Source: an uncultured Gemmatimonadales bacterium (lineage in GTDB: Bacteria > Gemmatimonadota > Gemmatimonadetes > Longimicrobiales > Gaopeijiaceae). Taken from it: DNA of 64,000 nt. A program made the translations under genes and the position numbers. The stretch is taken from assembly GCA_963823035.1 (NCBI GenBank), contig CAWGKG010000014.1, forward strand, positions 352,001 through 416,000, written 5' to 3'. The notes under the pieces were generated by a model. That model saw nothing but the letters and a program-made list of their open reading frames with translations, did not search any database and had not been told where the DNA came from. Below, piece by piece: positions 6,746 through 15,607 of this stretch (positions are counted from its first letter, which is position 1; each line of letters begins with the position of its first letter).

Positions 6746-9405
6746 GGAAGGCCCCGCGCCTGTCCGCGTGGTGGCTGCGCCTCCTCCCACGCCTCTACCC
6801 CCGCGCGTTCCGCGAGCGCTCCGCCGGGGAGCTGGCGGCGCTGCTGGAGGAGGGCGCGTACGAGGCGGCGGCGCGCGGCCGCTGGGCGCTCGCGCGCTGG
6901 GTGGTGAGGAACACGGTGTGGTGCCTCCGGGACGCCGCCGCCGAACGGTGGCGGACCGATCCCGGCAGGCTGACGACGGGTGGGGAGGGTGGAGGCATGC
7001 ACGTTCGGGACGGGTTCCAGGCGCTGCGCACCGCGGTGCGCAGCCTCGTTCGCCATCCGGGCTACACGCTCCCGGCGCTCCTTACGCTCGCGCTGGGCAT
7101 CGGCGCGAACACCGCCATGTTCAGCGTGCTCTACGGCGTGGTGCTCCGCCCCCTCCCCTACCCGGCGCCGGACCGACTGGTCGAGCTCTTCCCGTCGGAC
7201 CTCGAGCGCACCTCCGGCGCCTTCTCCCTCCCCGACGTGCGCGACTGGCAGGAGCGTGCCCGCACGCTCACCGCGATCGGGGGCTACACGACGCTTCCCT
7301 CGGACCTGATCCTCACGGAGGCGGGTGACGACGCGCTCGAGGTCGAGACGGCGTACGTCACCTCCGGCTTCTTCGAGGCGATGGCCACGCCGCCCGCCCT
7401 CGGCAGCTGGTTGCCTGCGGAGGCGGAGGAGGGCGACAACCGCGTCGTGGTCGCCAGCCATGCCTTCTGGGTCCGCCAGCTCGGGGCCGACGCCTCCGCG
7501 GTGGGCGGCACGCTCACGCTCTCCGGAGAGCCGTACCGCCTCGTCGGGGTGATGCCCGAGGACTTCGCCTACCCCGACCCGGGCATCGAGCTGTGGGCGT
7601 TCCTGTCGGTGATCCCTTCCACGAGCATCCCCCTCCACATCCGCGGCGTGCGCCTCCTCCAGGGCGTGGCGCGGATGACGCCGGGCACCACGGTGGCGGA
7701 GGCGCGGGACGACGCAGCGGGGATCGCCGCCGCGCTGGCCGCGACGTATCCGGACAGCAACGCCGGCGTACCGACGGCGGCGGTGGTCCCCCTGCGGAGC
7801 AGCCTGGTGGGCGACGTGCGCAGGCCGCTCGCGGTGCTCATGGCCGCCGCGCTCCTCATCCTCACGATCGTGTGCGCGAACCTCGCGAACCTCGCGCTCA
7901 CGCGGGAAGCCGGACGCGAGACCGAGCTGGCCGTGCGCGCCGCGCTGGGCGCGAGCCGGGCCCGCCGCGCCGCGCTCGTGATGGCGGAGAGCCTCCTCCT
8001 CTCGCTCGTGGGTGGCGCGCTCGGGCTGGCCCTGGCCGCGTGGGGAACGGGAGCGCTGGTCTCGCTCAACGCCGGCACGCTCCCGCGCGCCCGGGAGATC
8101 TCCCCGGACTGGCGGATCGCGCTCTTCTCGCTCGTCGTGTCCATGATCGTGGGGCTCCTCTTCGCAGTCCTCCCGGGGATGCGGGCGGCGCGCGGCAACC
8201 TCTCGGACCGGCTGCGGGCCGGGGCTCGAGGCCTCTCCGGGGCCGATCGTGCCCGCAACGTGCTCGTCGTCTCCCAGGTGGCGCTCTCGGTCGTGCTGCT
8301 GGTGGGCGCCGGGCTCATGGGGCGCAGCCTCCAGGCCCTCGGCCAAGTCGATCCGGGCTTCGACCCGGACGGCCTCGTGGTGGCCGACATGACCTTCCCG
8401 AGCGGCCGTTATCCGGACCGGCCGTCGTACCTCGCCGCGTACGAGGAGACGCTGGAGGCGCTCTCCTCCCTCCCTGGCGTGCGCGCCGCCGGCACGATCC
8501 GACGCTTCCCCTTCCTCGGGGAGGGCGAGGGGGTGCGCGTCGGCCTACCGGCGCAAGGTGCGGAGGAGGAGGGGGTGCGCGCGACCCTCCTGCAGGTGAG
8601 CCCAGGCCTCTTCGCCGCCATGGGGGTCACCCTCCTCGAGGGCCGTGACCTCCCACCCGGCGCTGGCACGGACGGACGGCAGGTGGCCGTGCTCAACCGC
8701 ACGCTGGCCCGGGCGCTCTTCGCCGGCGAGCCGGCGACCGGGCGGACGATCCGCCTGGGCGACCCGACGCTCGAGGTCGTGGGCGTGGTCGAGGACGTGC
8801 ACCAGGTCCGGCTGCAGGGCGGCACGCCGGCCACCGTCTACGTGGCGCAGCACGCTCTGCCCCGGCGCGGGGCGGCGTTCGTCCTGCGCACGGACGGCCC
8901 CACCGCCCGCGTGGAGCGGGAAGTCCGCGACGCGCTCCGGCGCATCGACCCCGCGCAGCCGATCACCGAGCTGGCCCCCGCCGCAGACATCGTGGCGCGC
9001 CAAGCAATGCGGCCGCGATTCTTCGCCCTCCTGTTCGGGGCCTTCGCGTCTCTCGCCCTCGTGCTCTCCGCGATCGGCGTGTACGGCGTGGTGGCCTTCG
9101 GCGTGGCCCGCCGTCGCCGTGAGGTCGGCATCCGGGTGGCCATGGGCGCCGACGCCCGTGACGTGCAGGCGCTGGTCGTGCGCCAGGGCATGGTGCCCGT
9201 GGGCATCGGCATCGCGATGGGGACGCTCGCCGCGCTCGCGCTCGTTCGCGCCCTGGCGTCGCTCCTCTTCGGTGTCGGGCTCTACGATCCGATCGCGTAC
9301 GTGCTCGGCATCGCCGTCCTGGCCACGACCGGGCTGCTGGCCTGCTGGATCCCGGCCCGATCGGCCTCGCGGACGGAGCCCGTGCGCGCGCTCACCGCCG
9401 AATAG
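6742..9405 (+). CDS. ADOP-type duplicated ABC permease (MacB-PCD/FtsX x2) #1
   Basis: LLPRLYPRAFRER prefix; TLALGIGANTAMFSVLYGVVLRPLPYP; CANLANL; RRREVGIRVAMGA; EPVRALTAE. Confidence 0.92.
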   Translation: MRKAPRLSAWWLRLLPRLYPRAFRERSAGELAALLEEGAYEAAARGRWALARWVVRNTVWCLRDAAAERWRTDPGRLTTGGEGGGMHVRDGFQALRTAVRSLVRHPGYTLPALLTLALGIGANTAMFSVLYGVVLRPLPYPAPDRLVELFPSDLERTSGAFSLPDVRDWQERARTLTAIGGYTTLPSDLILTEAGDDALEVETAYVTSGFFEAMATPPALGSWLPAEAEEGDNRVVVASHAFWVRQLGADASAVGGTLTLSGEPYRLVGVMPEDFAYPDPGIELWAFLSVIPSTSIPLHIRGVRLLQGVARMTPGTTVAEARDDAAGIAAALAATYPDSNAGVPTAAVVPLRSSLVGDVRRPLAVLMAAALLILTIVCANLANLALTREAGRETELAVRAALGASRARRAALVMAESLLLSLVGGALGLALAAWGTGALVSLNAGTLPRAREISPDWRIALFSLVVSMIVGLLFAVLPGMRAARGNLSDRLRAGARGLSGADRARNVLVVSQVALSVVLLVGAGLMGRSLQALGQVDPGFDPDGLVVADMTFPSGRYPDRPSYLAAYEETLEALSSLPGVRAAGTIRRFPFLGEGEGVRVGLPAQGAEEEGVRATLLQVSPGLFAAMGVTLLEGRDLPPGAGTDGRQVAVLNRTLARALFAGEPATGRTIRLGDPTLEVVGVVEDVHQVRLQGGTPATVYVAQHALPRRGAAFVLRTDGPTARVEREVRDALRRIDPAQPITELAPAADIVARQAMRPRFFALLFGAFASLALVLSAIGVYGVVAFGVARRRREVGIRVAMGADARDVQALVVRQGMVPVGIGIAMGTLAALALVRALASLLFGVGLYDPIAYVLGIAVLATTGLLACWIPARSASRTEPVRALTAE

Positions 9406-9463
9406 CGCACCGGACGCTCGCGACTCCGCCGCACGGAGAGGGTCGATGTCGGTCGAAGAGCGC

Positions 9464-9513
9464 GTACTCTGTATTGCAAAGTACTTGACGATACCCCGTG
9501 CCCCTTCGATCTT
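9464..9513 (+). promoter_or_regulatory. Imperfect palindrome GTACTCTGTATTGCAAAGTAC abutting TTGACG-N17-GATCTT
   Basis: AT-rich dyad at 9464-9484 directly before a -35-like hexamer at 9485-9490. Confidence 0.5.
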
Positions 9514-9548
9514 GGGACATGTCCGCATCCCCCGTTCGTGGCCTTCCG

Positions 9549-9962
9549 ATGTCCGCACTCACCGAGTTCCTGTTCCCTGCTCCGGCCCGCCGCACGATGG
9601 GCTCGATCGTCGGCTGGTGGGAATCGCGCCGGCTGAAGTACAACGCCCTCGTGGGCGGTGCCGGCGTCGTGTCGCTGGGGATCGTGACGGTGGTCGGCCA
9701 TCTCCCGCCCAACCCGCTCCCGGGCGTCGGGCTGCTGCCGCCCTGGCAGGGGATCGTGATGTTCGGCGCGCTGGCAAACGTCTGCTATTCCCTGGGACCG
9801 GCCGTGGAGGTCGTGGTCGACAAGCTTTGGGGGAGACAGGTCCTCCCGGTCGGTCCCTCGCTCTTCCGCATGGGCCTCACCTTCTCGGTGGGGCTCGCCC
9901 TCCTGCCCGCCCTCCTCTTCCTCTTCCAGTGGGTCCTGCGCATCGTGCTCGCGGTGTTCTGA
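9549..9962 (+). CDS. Hypothetical 3-TM membrane protein (WWExRRxxYN motif)
   Basis: MSALTEFLFPAPARR...GWWESRRLKYNALVG...ANVCYSLGPAVE; hydrophobic segments. Confidence 0.75.
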   Translation: MSALTEFLFPAPARRTMGSIVGWWESRRLKYNALVGGAGVVSLGIVTVVGHLPPNPLPGVGLLPPWQGIVMFGALANVCYSLGPAVEVVVDKLWGRQVLPVGPSLFRMGLTFSVGLALLPALLFLFQWVLRIVLAVF

Positions 9963-10041
9963 TCCGACCCACGGGTTGCGCGACGGGGCGCTCCGCCCCC
10001 TGATTCCGTCCTCACGCAACCGCTCGAAAAGGGGACCCGTC

Positions 10042-10383
10042 ATGGCACGATTCGTCTGGATGGGCGTCGTGCTCCAGCTGGCGATGGTCATGGTGGGTCA
10101 CTTCGACGAGACCGTGCTCAACCTGTCCGGCGTGTTGGGCACGGCGATCCCCTTCGCCCTGGGCGGCTGGTACGGCCTCACGACCCAGGTGGGCTTCGGC
10201 CGGGCCTCGCGGAGCGGCCTCGTGATCGGCGTGGTCGGCGCCGTCGTGGGCGTGCTCGCAGCTATCCTCCTGGGCGACGCCAACTGGATGCTCCTGACGT
10301 TCGCACCGCTGGCGTCCGCCTTGATGGGAGGGCTTGGCGCCCTGGTGGGTCGCGTCGGGAGTCGTGCCGAGGCGGACGCCTGA
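10042..10383 (+). CDS. Small Gly-rich 4-TM membrane protein
   Basis: About 113 aa, four hydrophobic segments, GC3-rich codons. Confidence 0.7.
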   Translation: MARFVWMGVVLQLAMVMVGHFDETVLNLSGVLGTAIPFALGGWYGLTTQVGFGRASRSGLVIGVVGAVVGVLAAILLGDANWMLLTFAPLASALMGGLGALVGRVGSRAEADA

Positions 10384-10407
10384 GCGACGCCGCAGCGGAA
10401 CGCCCCA

Positions 10408-10423
10408 CGGAACAGCTCTTGCA
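10408..10423 (+). promoter_or_regulatory. Putative sigma54 promoter of tamB-tamA
   Basis: CGGAACAGCTCTTGCA = GG-N10-GC with TTGCA, 57 nt before ATG 10481. Confidence 0.55.
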
Positions 10424-10480
10424 CCCTTCGAGGTACAACCACCTCGACACGACGCTTCCACGAGACGCGGGAAGGGAGGC

Positions 10481-13400
10481 ATGGGAGTGAGCACGAAGAG
10501 CCGTGCGCCGAAGGGACGGCGCTGGCGCATCGTGCGCAGACTTGCCGCAGCCGCGGTCGGGATTCCCGTGGCGCTACTCGTGGTTCTGGTGCTGCTTCTC
10601 CAGGTCGACGCGCTGTCCACGGTCGCCGGGCGCTGGGTCCTGGCCCGCGCCAACCCGTGGCAGGACGCCACCCTCCAGGTGGGGCACGCCTCCCTGCGAG
10701 GGTTGAGCCATCTCGAGGTGGCGGACCTCCGGATCCTGACGCCGGACGGGGACCCGCTGGTCGAGCTCGACTCGCTGGACGCACACATCCGCCTCCTTCC
10801 CCTCCTCCGCGGCACCCTCGTCCTTCCCGCGCTCGAGGTGGCGGGGCTCCGCGTCACGATGCGTCAGCGCGCCGACTCGACGTGGGACCTCCTGGCCCCG
10901 TTCGCGGCCGCGAAGGACACCGTGGCGGCCCAGGAGAAGAGCGGCTTCGCGATCCGCATGGGGCCCGCCGAGCTCCGCCGCTCCTCCATGCGCGCGGACT
11001 TCCTCGCTTCGTCCGATTCGACCCTGCGCGTCGAGGTGGTGACGCTTCGGCTCGACACCCTGACGTGGCCCCACCCCACCCTCGTGACCGTGGACACGCT
11101 GGACGCCCGCATCTTCCCGCCGTCGCGGCCGGAGAGCCCCGCCCACTTCTCGGGGGCGGCCCGGCTCGCTTCCGGCGCCCTCACGACCGAGGGGATCCGC
11201 CTCGTCTCGGACTCCAGCGACGTGCGTGCCGGGGGGACGCTCGTCCTCCCCGACCGTGGCGACACGACTGTCCGCGACATCGACTTCACCCTCACGGCCT
11301 CTCCCCTCGACTTCCGCGACGTCGGCGCGCTGGTCCCGGGCTTCGACGTCGCGGGCAGCCTGCGCCTCGACGCGCGCGTGACGGGCTCGACGGACCTCCT
11401 CGGCCTGCGCGTCGACGGAGAGACCTTCGACGGTGGCACGCTCCACCTCGAGGGTCAGCTCACGCCGCGGACCGGCGACTCCATCCACTACGCGTTGCGT
11501 GGCCGCGTACGCGACCTCGATCCCTCTCTCTGGAGCGCCGGCGCATCGTCCGTACGGGGCGTGGACGCGGACGTGGTCGTCGCGCTCGACGGTCCGGCCC
11601 TCGACTCCCTCGACGGCACCGTCACCCTCGACGTGCAGGGTGCACGCGTGGCGAGCGGAACACTCCGCCCCACCCACCTCGAGGCGACGCTCGTGCGCGG
11701 CCTCGCGACGTTCGACGTGGCAGGCGGCGCGGATCCCTGGGTGCATCTCACGGCGCACGGGACGGCGCGTCCTCTCGACGCCCTGCCGACGTTCGACGTG
11801 CGGAGCACGCTCCACCAGCTCGACACGCTCACGGCGGGGGGCGCTCGCCTCGCTTCGATCGTCGCCACGGTGCGCGCGGACGGAGCCGGCTTCAGCCCGT
11901 CCGTGGCGCGCGGCAGCGCCCATGTCGATCTCTCGGGGGCGGTGGGGGACGTGCGCATCGAGAACGGCTCCGTCACGGCGAGCTGGGACTCGTCCACCGC
12001 GGACGCCCGACTCGAGGTCCCGCTCGGCGGGGGCCAGGTGACCGCCCACGCCCTCGCGGACTGGTCGGGCGCGGCGACCCGCGTCACCCTGCGCTCCTTC
12101 TCGGCCGACCGCGTGGATGTGGCCGGCCTCCTGGGCGACTCGATCGCCGGCTCGGTGTCGCTCACCGGCTCCGGCTCGGCCGTGGTGGGCGATCCGTCGA
12201 GCACCGTGGTGGACGCGGACCTGGCGATCGAGCAGGCGACGTGGCGGGCGCTTCGCGTCGACACGGGCCGGGTGAGCGTCCAGTTGCGCGACAGCACGCT
12301 GTCCGCGCGCGGCCGCGCGGTGGCGAACGCCGGCACGCTCGAGCTGACCGCCCGCGCGCGCCCCTTCGCCCCGACCCCTACCTGGCGTCTGGATACGCTG
12401 CGCGTGCGCGGGCTCGATCTGGGGCAGGTCCGGGCCGGGCTGCCCACGACCGACATCGACGGGATGGTCCGAGGTGAGGGACGGGGCTTCGCGCCCGCGA
12501 CCACCGAGGGCGCGCTGACGTTCACGCTCGACACGTCGCGGGTCGCAGGCGCCCTCGTCGATACCGCGACCGTGCGCGTCGCGCTGCGCGACGGCCGCGT
12601 CCAGCTGGACGGCGACGCGCACGCGCTGGGAGGCACCCTCGCGATGGTCGGCGAAGGCCGGCCCTTCGAGCCGACGCCGACCTTCCGCGTCACCCGGGCG
12701 CGCTTCGACACCCTGCGGGTGGACTCCACCGTCGCGGGGCCCCTGCGCGCGGTCCTCACGGGCACGCTGGAGGGGGAGGCGAGCCTGCCACCGGACACCT
12801 TCCCGACCCTGCGAGCCCGCCTGCGGATCGACGAGGGGCAGGTGAACGCCCAGGTGCTCGACTCCGCCGTGGTGGAGGCGACCACGGAGGGCGATCAGGC
12901 CCGACTGGATGCCGTCTTCTCGGCGGCGGGGGGCCATGGGAACGTGAGCGCCACCGCCACGCTCGCGCGCGAGTACGGGGCGCTCGCGATCCGCGCGGCC
13001 CGCGCCGACGGCACGCTCTCCTTCCCCGACCTCGGCGGCCTGCTCGGGCGCGACTCCGCCGACGCCGCGCTCGACGCGCGTTTCGCGCTCCGCGGCGAGG
13101 GGACACGCGCACGGACGATGCGCTGGAACGCCACGCTCTCCGCGTCCGGCCGGTACGACGCGGCGCGCCTGGACTCCCTGACCCTGTCTGCGCGCATGGC
13201 CGCCGGCGTCCTGCACCTCGACACCCTCGACGTGGCCTCGAACTTCGCCAAAGGCGGGGGTGGAGGAACGGTCGCGCTCTACGAGGACGCCGTGATCCCG
13301 GATTCCGTGACCCGTCGAGGGCTCGACCTGAGACTGAGCGCGGACAGCGTCGCGGCGATCGCGGACCTCCTCGGCGTCCACCCGCTATCCCTGCGCAGCG

Positions 13401-15607
13401 GAGGCCTGGTGGTCCATGCCGAGCACGGTAGCGGCGGCGTCGTGGTCACGGGCTCCGCCGGCGTGGGCGGCGTGATCGGAGCATCCGTCGCCGCCGACAC
13501 CGTCCACGCGGACTTCACGGCCCTCCTGCACGACCTCGATCTCGCGCGCGCCGATGTGGAGGTCCGCAGCGAGTCCGTCTCCCTCCCCTCGACCGTCCTC
13601 GACGCCGCGGGCGGGACCGTGGCGTACGACACGTCCGGCGCGTCCTTCGCCATTCAGGCCACCAAGGATGACGGCCACGAGGTCCGCATGGCGGGGCTCG
13701 CGCGCGTCGCCGAGCGCACCGTCCGCTTCGACAGCCTCGACGTGAACCTCCCCGATCGGAGTTGGCGGCTCGTCCGACCCGCGACGCTCACGTGGGGCGA
13801 CCGCATCGATCCGGACGGGATCACGCTCGCCTCCGGCACGAGCCGCATCGCCTTCGAGGGAGCGCTCGACCGTTCGGGCACGCAGAGCCTGACGGTGCGC
13901 CTCGATTCCGTGCCGGTCGGGGGCTTCGCCGAGCTGGCGGGGCTGGAGGGGCTCCAGGGCACGTTCGACGGCCGCCTGGAGGCGACCGGGCCCGCCGACG
14001 ACGTCGGGTTGAACGGGGACCTCGACGCGACCCTCGGAGACGCGACGGCGCACATCGCGGTGCGGCCCGCCGAGGGACGCGCGTTGGGTGTCGAGGTGAC
14101 CATGACCGACCCGCAGAACGACCCGCTCACGGTGCGCGGCACGATCCCCTTCCGGCTGTCGCTCGCTGCCGGGGGCGGCGCCGGCCCGCCTCCCGACCAG
14201 ACGATGGGGCTCGACATCACGGCGCGCGACTTCTCGGTGGGCTGGATCACGCCCTTCCTTCGTCCGCTCGGCGTCCAGACCTTCGAAGCCGAGCTCACGG
14301 CGGACGCGCGCCTGGAGGGCACGATGGACGACCCGAGCCTCACGGGGAGCGCCTCCCTCGCGCAGGGCCGCCTCGAGATCCCCGAGCAGGGCGTGTCCTA
14401 CACCGAGATCCACGGCAACCTGCGCTTCCCCGGGGACCGCATCGAGGTGCCGTCGCTCACCGCCGTGGCGGGAGGCACCGCGGAGATCGAGGGCGACATC
14501 GTCCTCGCGCCGCTCAACAACCCGACCTTCGACCTGCGCGGCCACTTCCGCCGCTTCGAGGTCGTCGAGAACGCCTGGACCCGCCTGCGCGTGAACGGGG
14601 ACGTCACGCTCTCCGGCGACCTCCAGGGGCCGGTGGTCGGCGGGTCCGCGCAGATCGAGGACACGGACATCTACGCCGACCAGGTCGGCGAGGGACAGAT
14701 GGTCCGACCCGTCGAGCTCACGTCCGAGGACTACCGGATGCTCGCGTCGTACTTCGGGTACCGGCCCTCGGAAGCCATCGCGGTGCAGCGCGACCCGTTG
14801 CTTCCGTGGAGCATCGACCTGAGCCTCGACATCGGCAACGACGTCTGGGTACGCCGGCGGACGCAGCCCGAGATGCGCATCCAGATCGACGGCTCGCTGG
14901 ACGTGCGCAAGGAGCCGGGGGACTCCATCCGCCTGTTCGGGACGGTGGAGGCCGTGAACGGTCGAAGCTACTTCCAGCAGTTCGGAAGGCGGTTCACCAT
15001 CGCGAACGGCACCGTGACCTTCAACGGCTCTCCGATGGACTGGCAGGTCGACGCGGAGGCCCGCTACGAGGTGCCCTCGACGCGCGACCCCAACACCTCG
15101 GAGGCGACGATCACGCTCGACGTGAGGGGGCGGGCGGACGACCTCGGCCTCACGCTCGGGTCCGAGCCGTCGATGGAGAACGCGGACATCCTCTCCTACC
15201 TCGCCACCGGGCGGCCGGCGGCGAGCGCCGCCCAGTTCGGCAATACGGGCTCCTCCGGGGGGAGCGGTGGCGTGCTCGGCGCGGGCGAGGAGCTCGCGCT
15301 TGGGCGCGTCGCGGGCCTGCTCGAGGAGACGGCCGAGCAGGCCGTAGGGCTCGACGTCGTGGAGATCCGCCAGAACGGACTGAAGGGCGCCACCCTCGTG
15401 GCCGGGCGCTACGTGAACCCGCGGCTCTTCGTGGCCTTCCAGCAGCCGTTGACCCTGAACGCGCGCACGGAGGAGGCGACGCGCGACCAGGGCTCGCGCG
15501 GAACGGAGGTGGAGATCGAGTACACCTGGTACCGTTGGCTGCTGGTGAACATCCAGGGCGGCCAATCCACGATCCGCCTCTTCCTCAGGACGAAGTACGC
15601 CTACTGA
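10481..15607 (+). CDS. tamB: Translocation/assembly module TamB-like protein (AsmA-like, C-terminal DUF490)
   Basis: About 1708 aa; N-terminal TM anchor; long beta-taco repeats; C-terminal FGRRFTIANG..SEPSMENADILSYLATG..AGRYVNPRLFV; RBS GGAGG. Confidence 0.88.
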   Translation: MGVSTKSRAPKGRRWRIVRRLAAAAVGIPVALLVVLVLLLQVDALSTVAGRWVLARANPWQDATLQVGHASLRGLSHLEVADLRILTPDGDPLVELDSLDAHIRLLPLLRGTLVLPALEVAGLRVTMRQRADSTWDLLAPFAAAKDTVAAQEKSGFAIRMGPAELRRSSMRADFLASSDSTLRVEVVTLRLDTLTWPHPTLVTVDTLDARIFPPSRPESPAHFSGAARLASGALTTEGIRLVSDSSDVRAGGTLVLPDRGDTTVRDIDFTLTASPLDFRDVGALVPGFDVAGSLRLDARVTGSTDLLGLRVDGETFDGGTLHLEGQLTPRTGDSIHYALRGRVRDLDPSLWSAGASSVRGVDADVVVALDGPALDSLDGTVTLDVQGARVASGTLRPTHLEATLVRGLATFDVAGGADPWVHLTAHGTARPLDALPTFDVRSTLHQLDTLTAGGARLASIVATVRADGAGFSPSVARGSAHVDLSGAVGDVRIENGSVTASWDSSTADARLEVPLGGGQVTAHALADWSGAATRVTLRSFSADRVDVAGLLGDSIAGSVSLTGSGSAVVGDPSSTVVDADLAIEQATWRALRVDTGRVSVQLRDSTLSARGRAVANAGTLELTARARPFAPTPTWRLDTLRVRGLDLGQVRAGLPTTDIDGMVRGEGRGFAPATTEGALTFTLDTSRVAGALVDTATVRVALRDGRVQLDGDAHALGGTLAMVGEGRPFEPTPTFRVTRARFDTLRVDSTVAGPLRAVLTGTLEGEASLPPDTFPTLRARLRIDEGQVNAQVLDSAVVEATTEGDQARLDAVFSAAGGHGNVSATATLAREYGALAIRAARADGTLSFPDLGGLLGRDSADAALDARFALRGEGTRARTMRWNATLSASGRYDAARLDSLTLSARMAAGVLHLDTLDVASNFAKGGGGGTVALYEDAVIPDSVTRRGLDLRLSADSVAAIADLLGVHPLSLRSGGLVVHAEHGSGGVVVTGSAGVGGVIGASVAADTVHADFTALLHDLDLARADVEVRSESVSLPSTVLDAAGGTVAYDTSGASFAIQATKDDGHEVRMAGLARVAERTVRFDSLDVNLPDRSWRLVRPATLTWGDRIDPDGITLASGTSRIAFEGALDRSGTQSLTVRLDSVPVGGFAELAGLEGLQGTFDGRLEATGPADDVGLNGDLDATLGDATAHIAVRPAEGRALGVEVTMTDPQNDPLTVRGTIPFRLSLAAGGGAGPPPDQTMGLDITARDFSVGWITPFLRPLGVQTFEAELTADARLEGTMDDPSLTGSASLAQGRLEIPEQGVSYTEIHGNLRFPGDRIEVPSLTAVAGGTAEIEGDIVLAPLNNPTFDLRGHFRRFEVVENAWTRLRVNGDVTLSGDLQGPVVGGSAQIEDTDIYADQVGEGQMVRPVELTSEDYRMLASYFGYRPSEAIAVQRDPLLPWSIDLSLDIGNDVWVRRRTQPEMRIQIDGSLDVRKEPGDSIRLFGTVEAVNGRSYFQQFGRRFTIANGTVTFNGSPMDWQVDAEARYEVPSTRDPNTSEATITLDVRGRADDLGLTLGSEPSMENADILSYLATGRPAASAAQFGNTGSSGGSGGVLGAGEELALGRVAGLLEETAEQAVGLDVVEIRQNGLKGATLVAGRYVNPRLFVAFQQPLTLNARTEEATRDQGSRGTEVEIEYTWYRWLLVNIQGGQSTIRLFLRTKYAY

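Noticed and set aside
6316..9405. Apparent PadR-permease fusion (1029-aa ORF)
   Set aside because: The PadR C-terminus (RRRYYALT) is in another frame with its own stop overlapping the permease GTG; an indel near 6570 creates the fusion.
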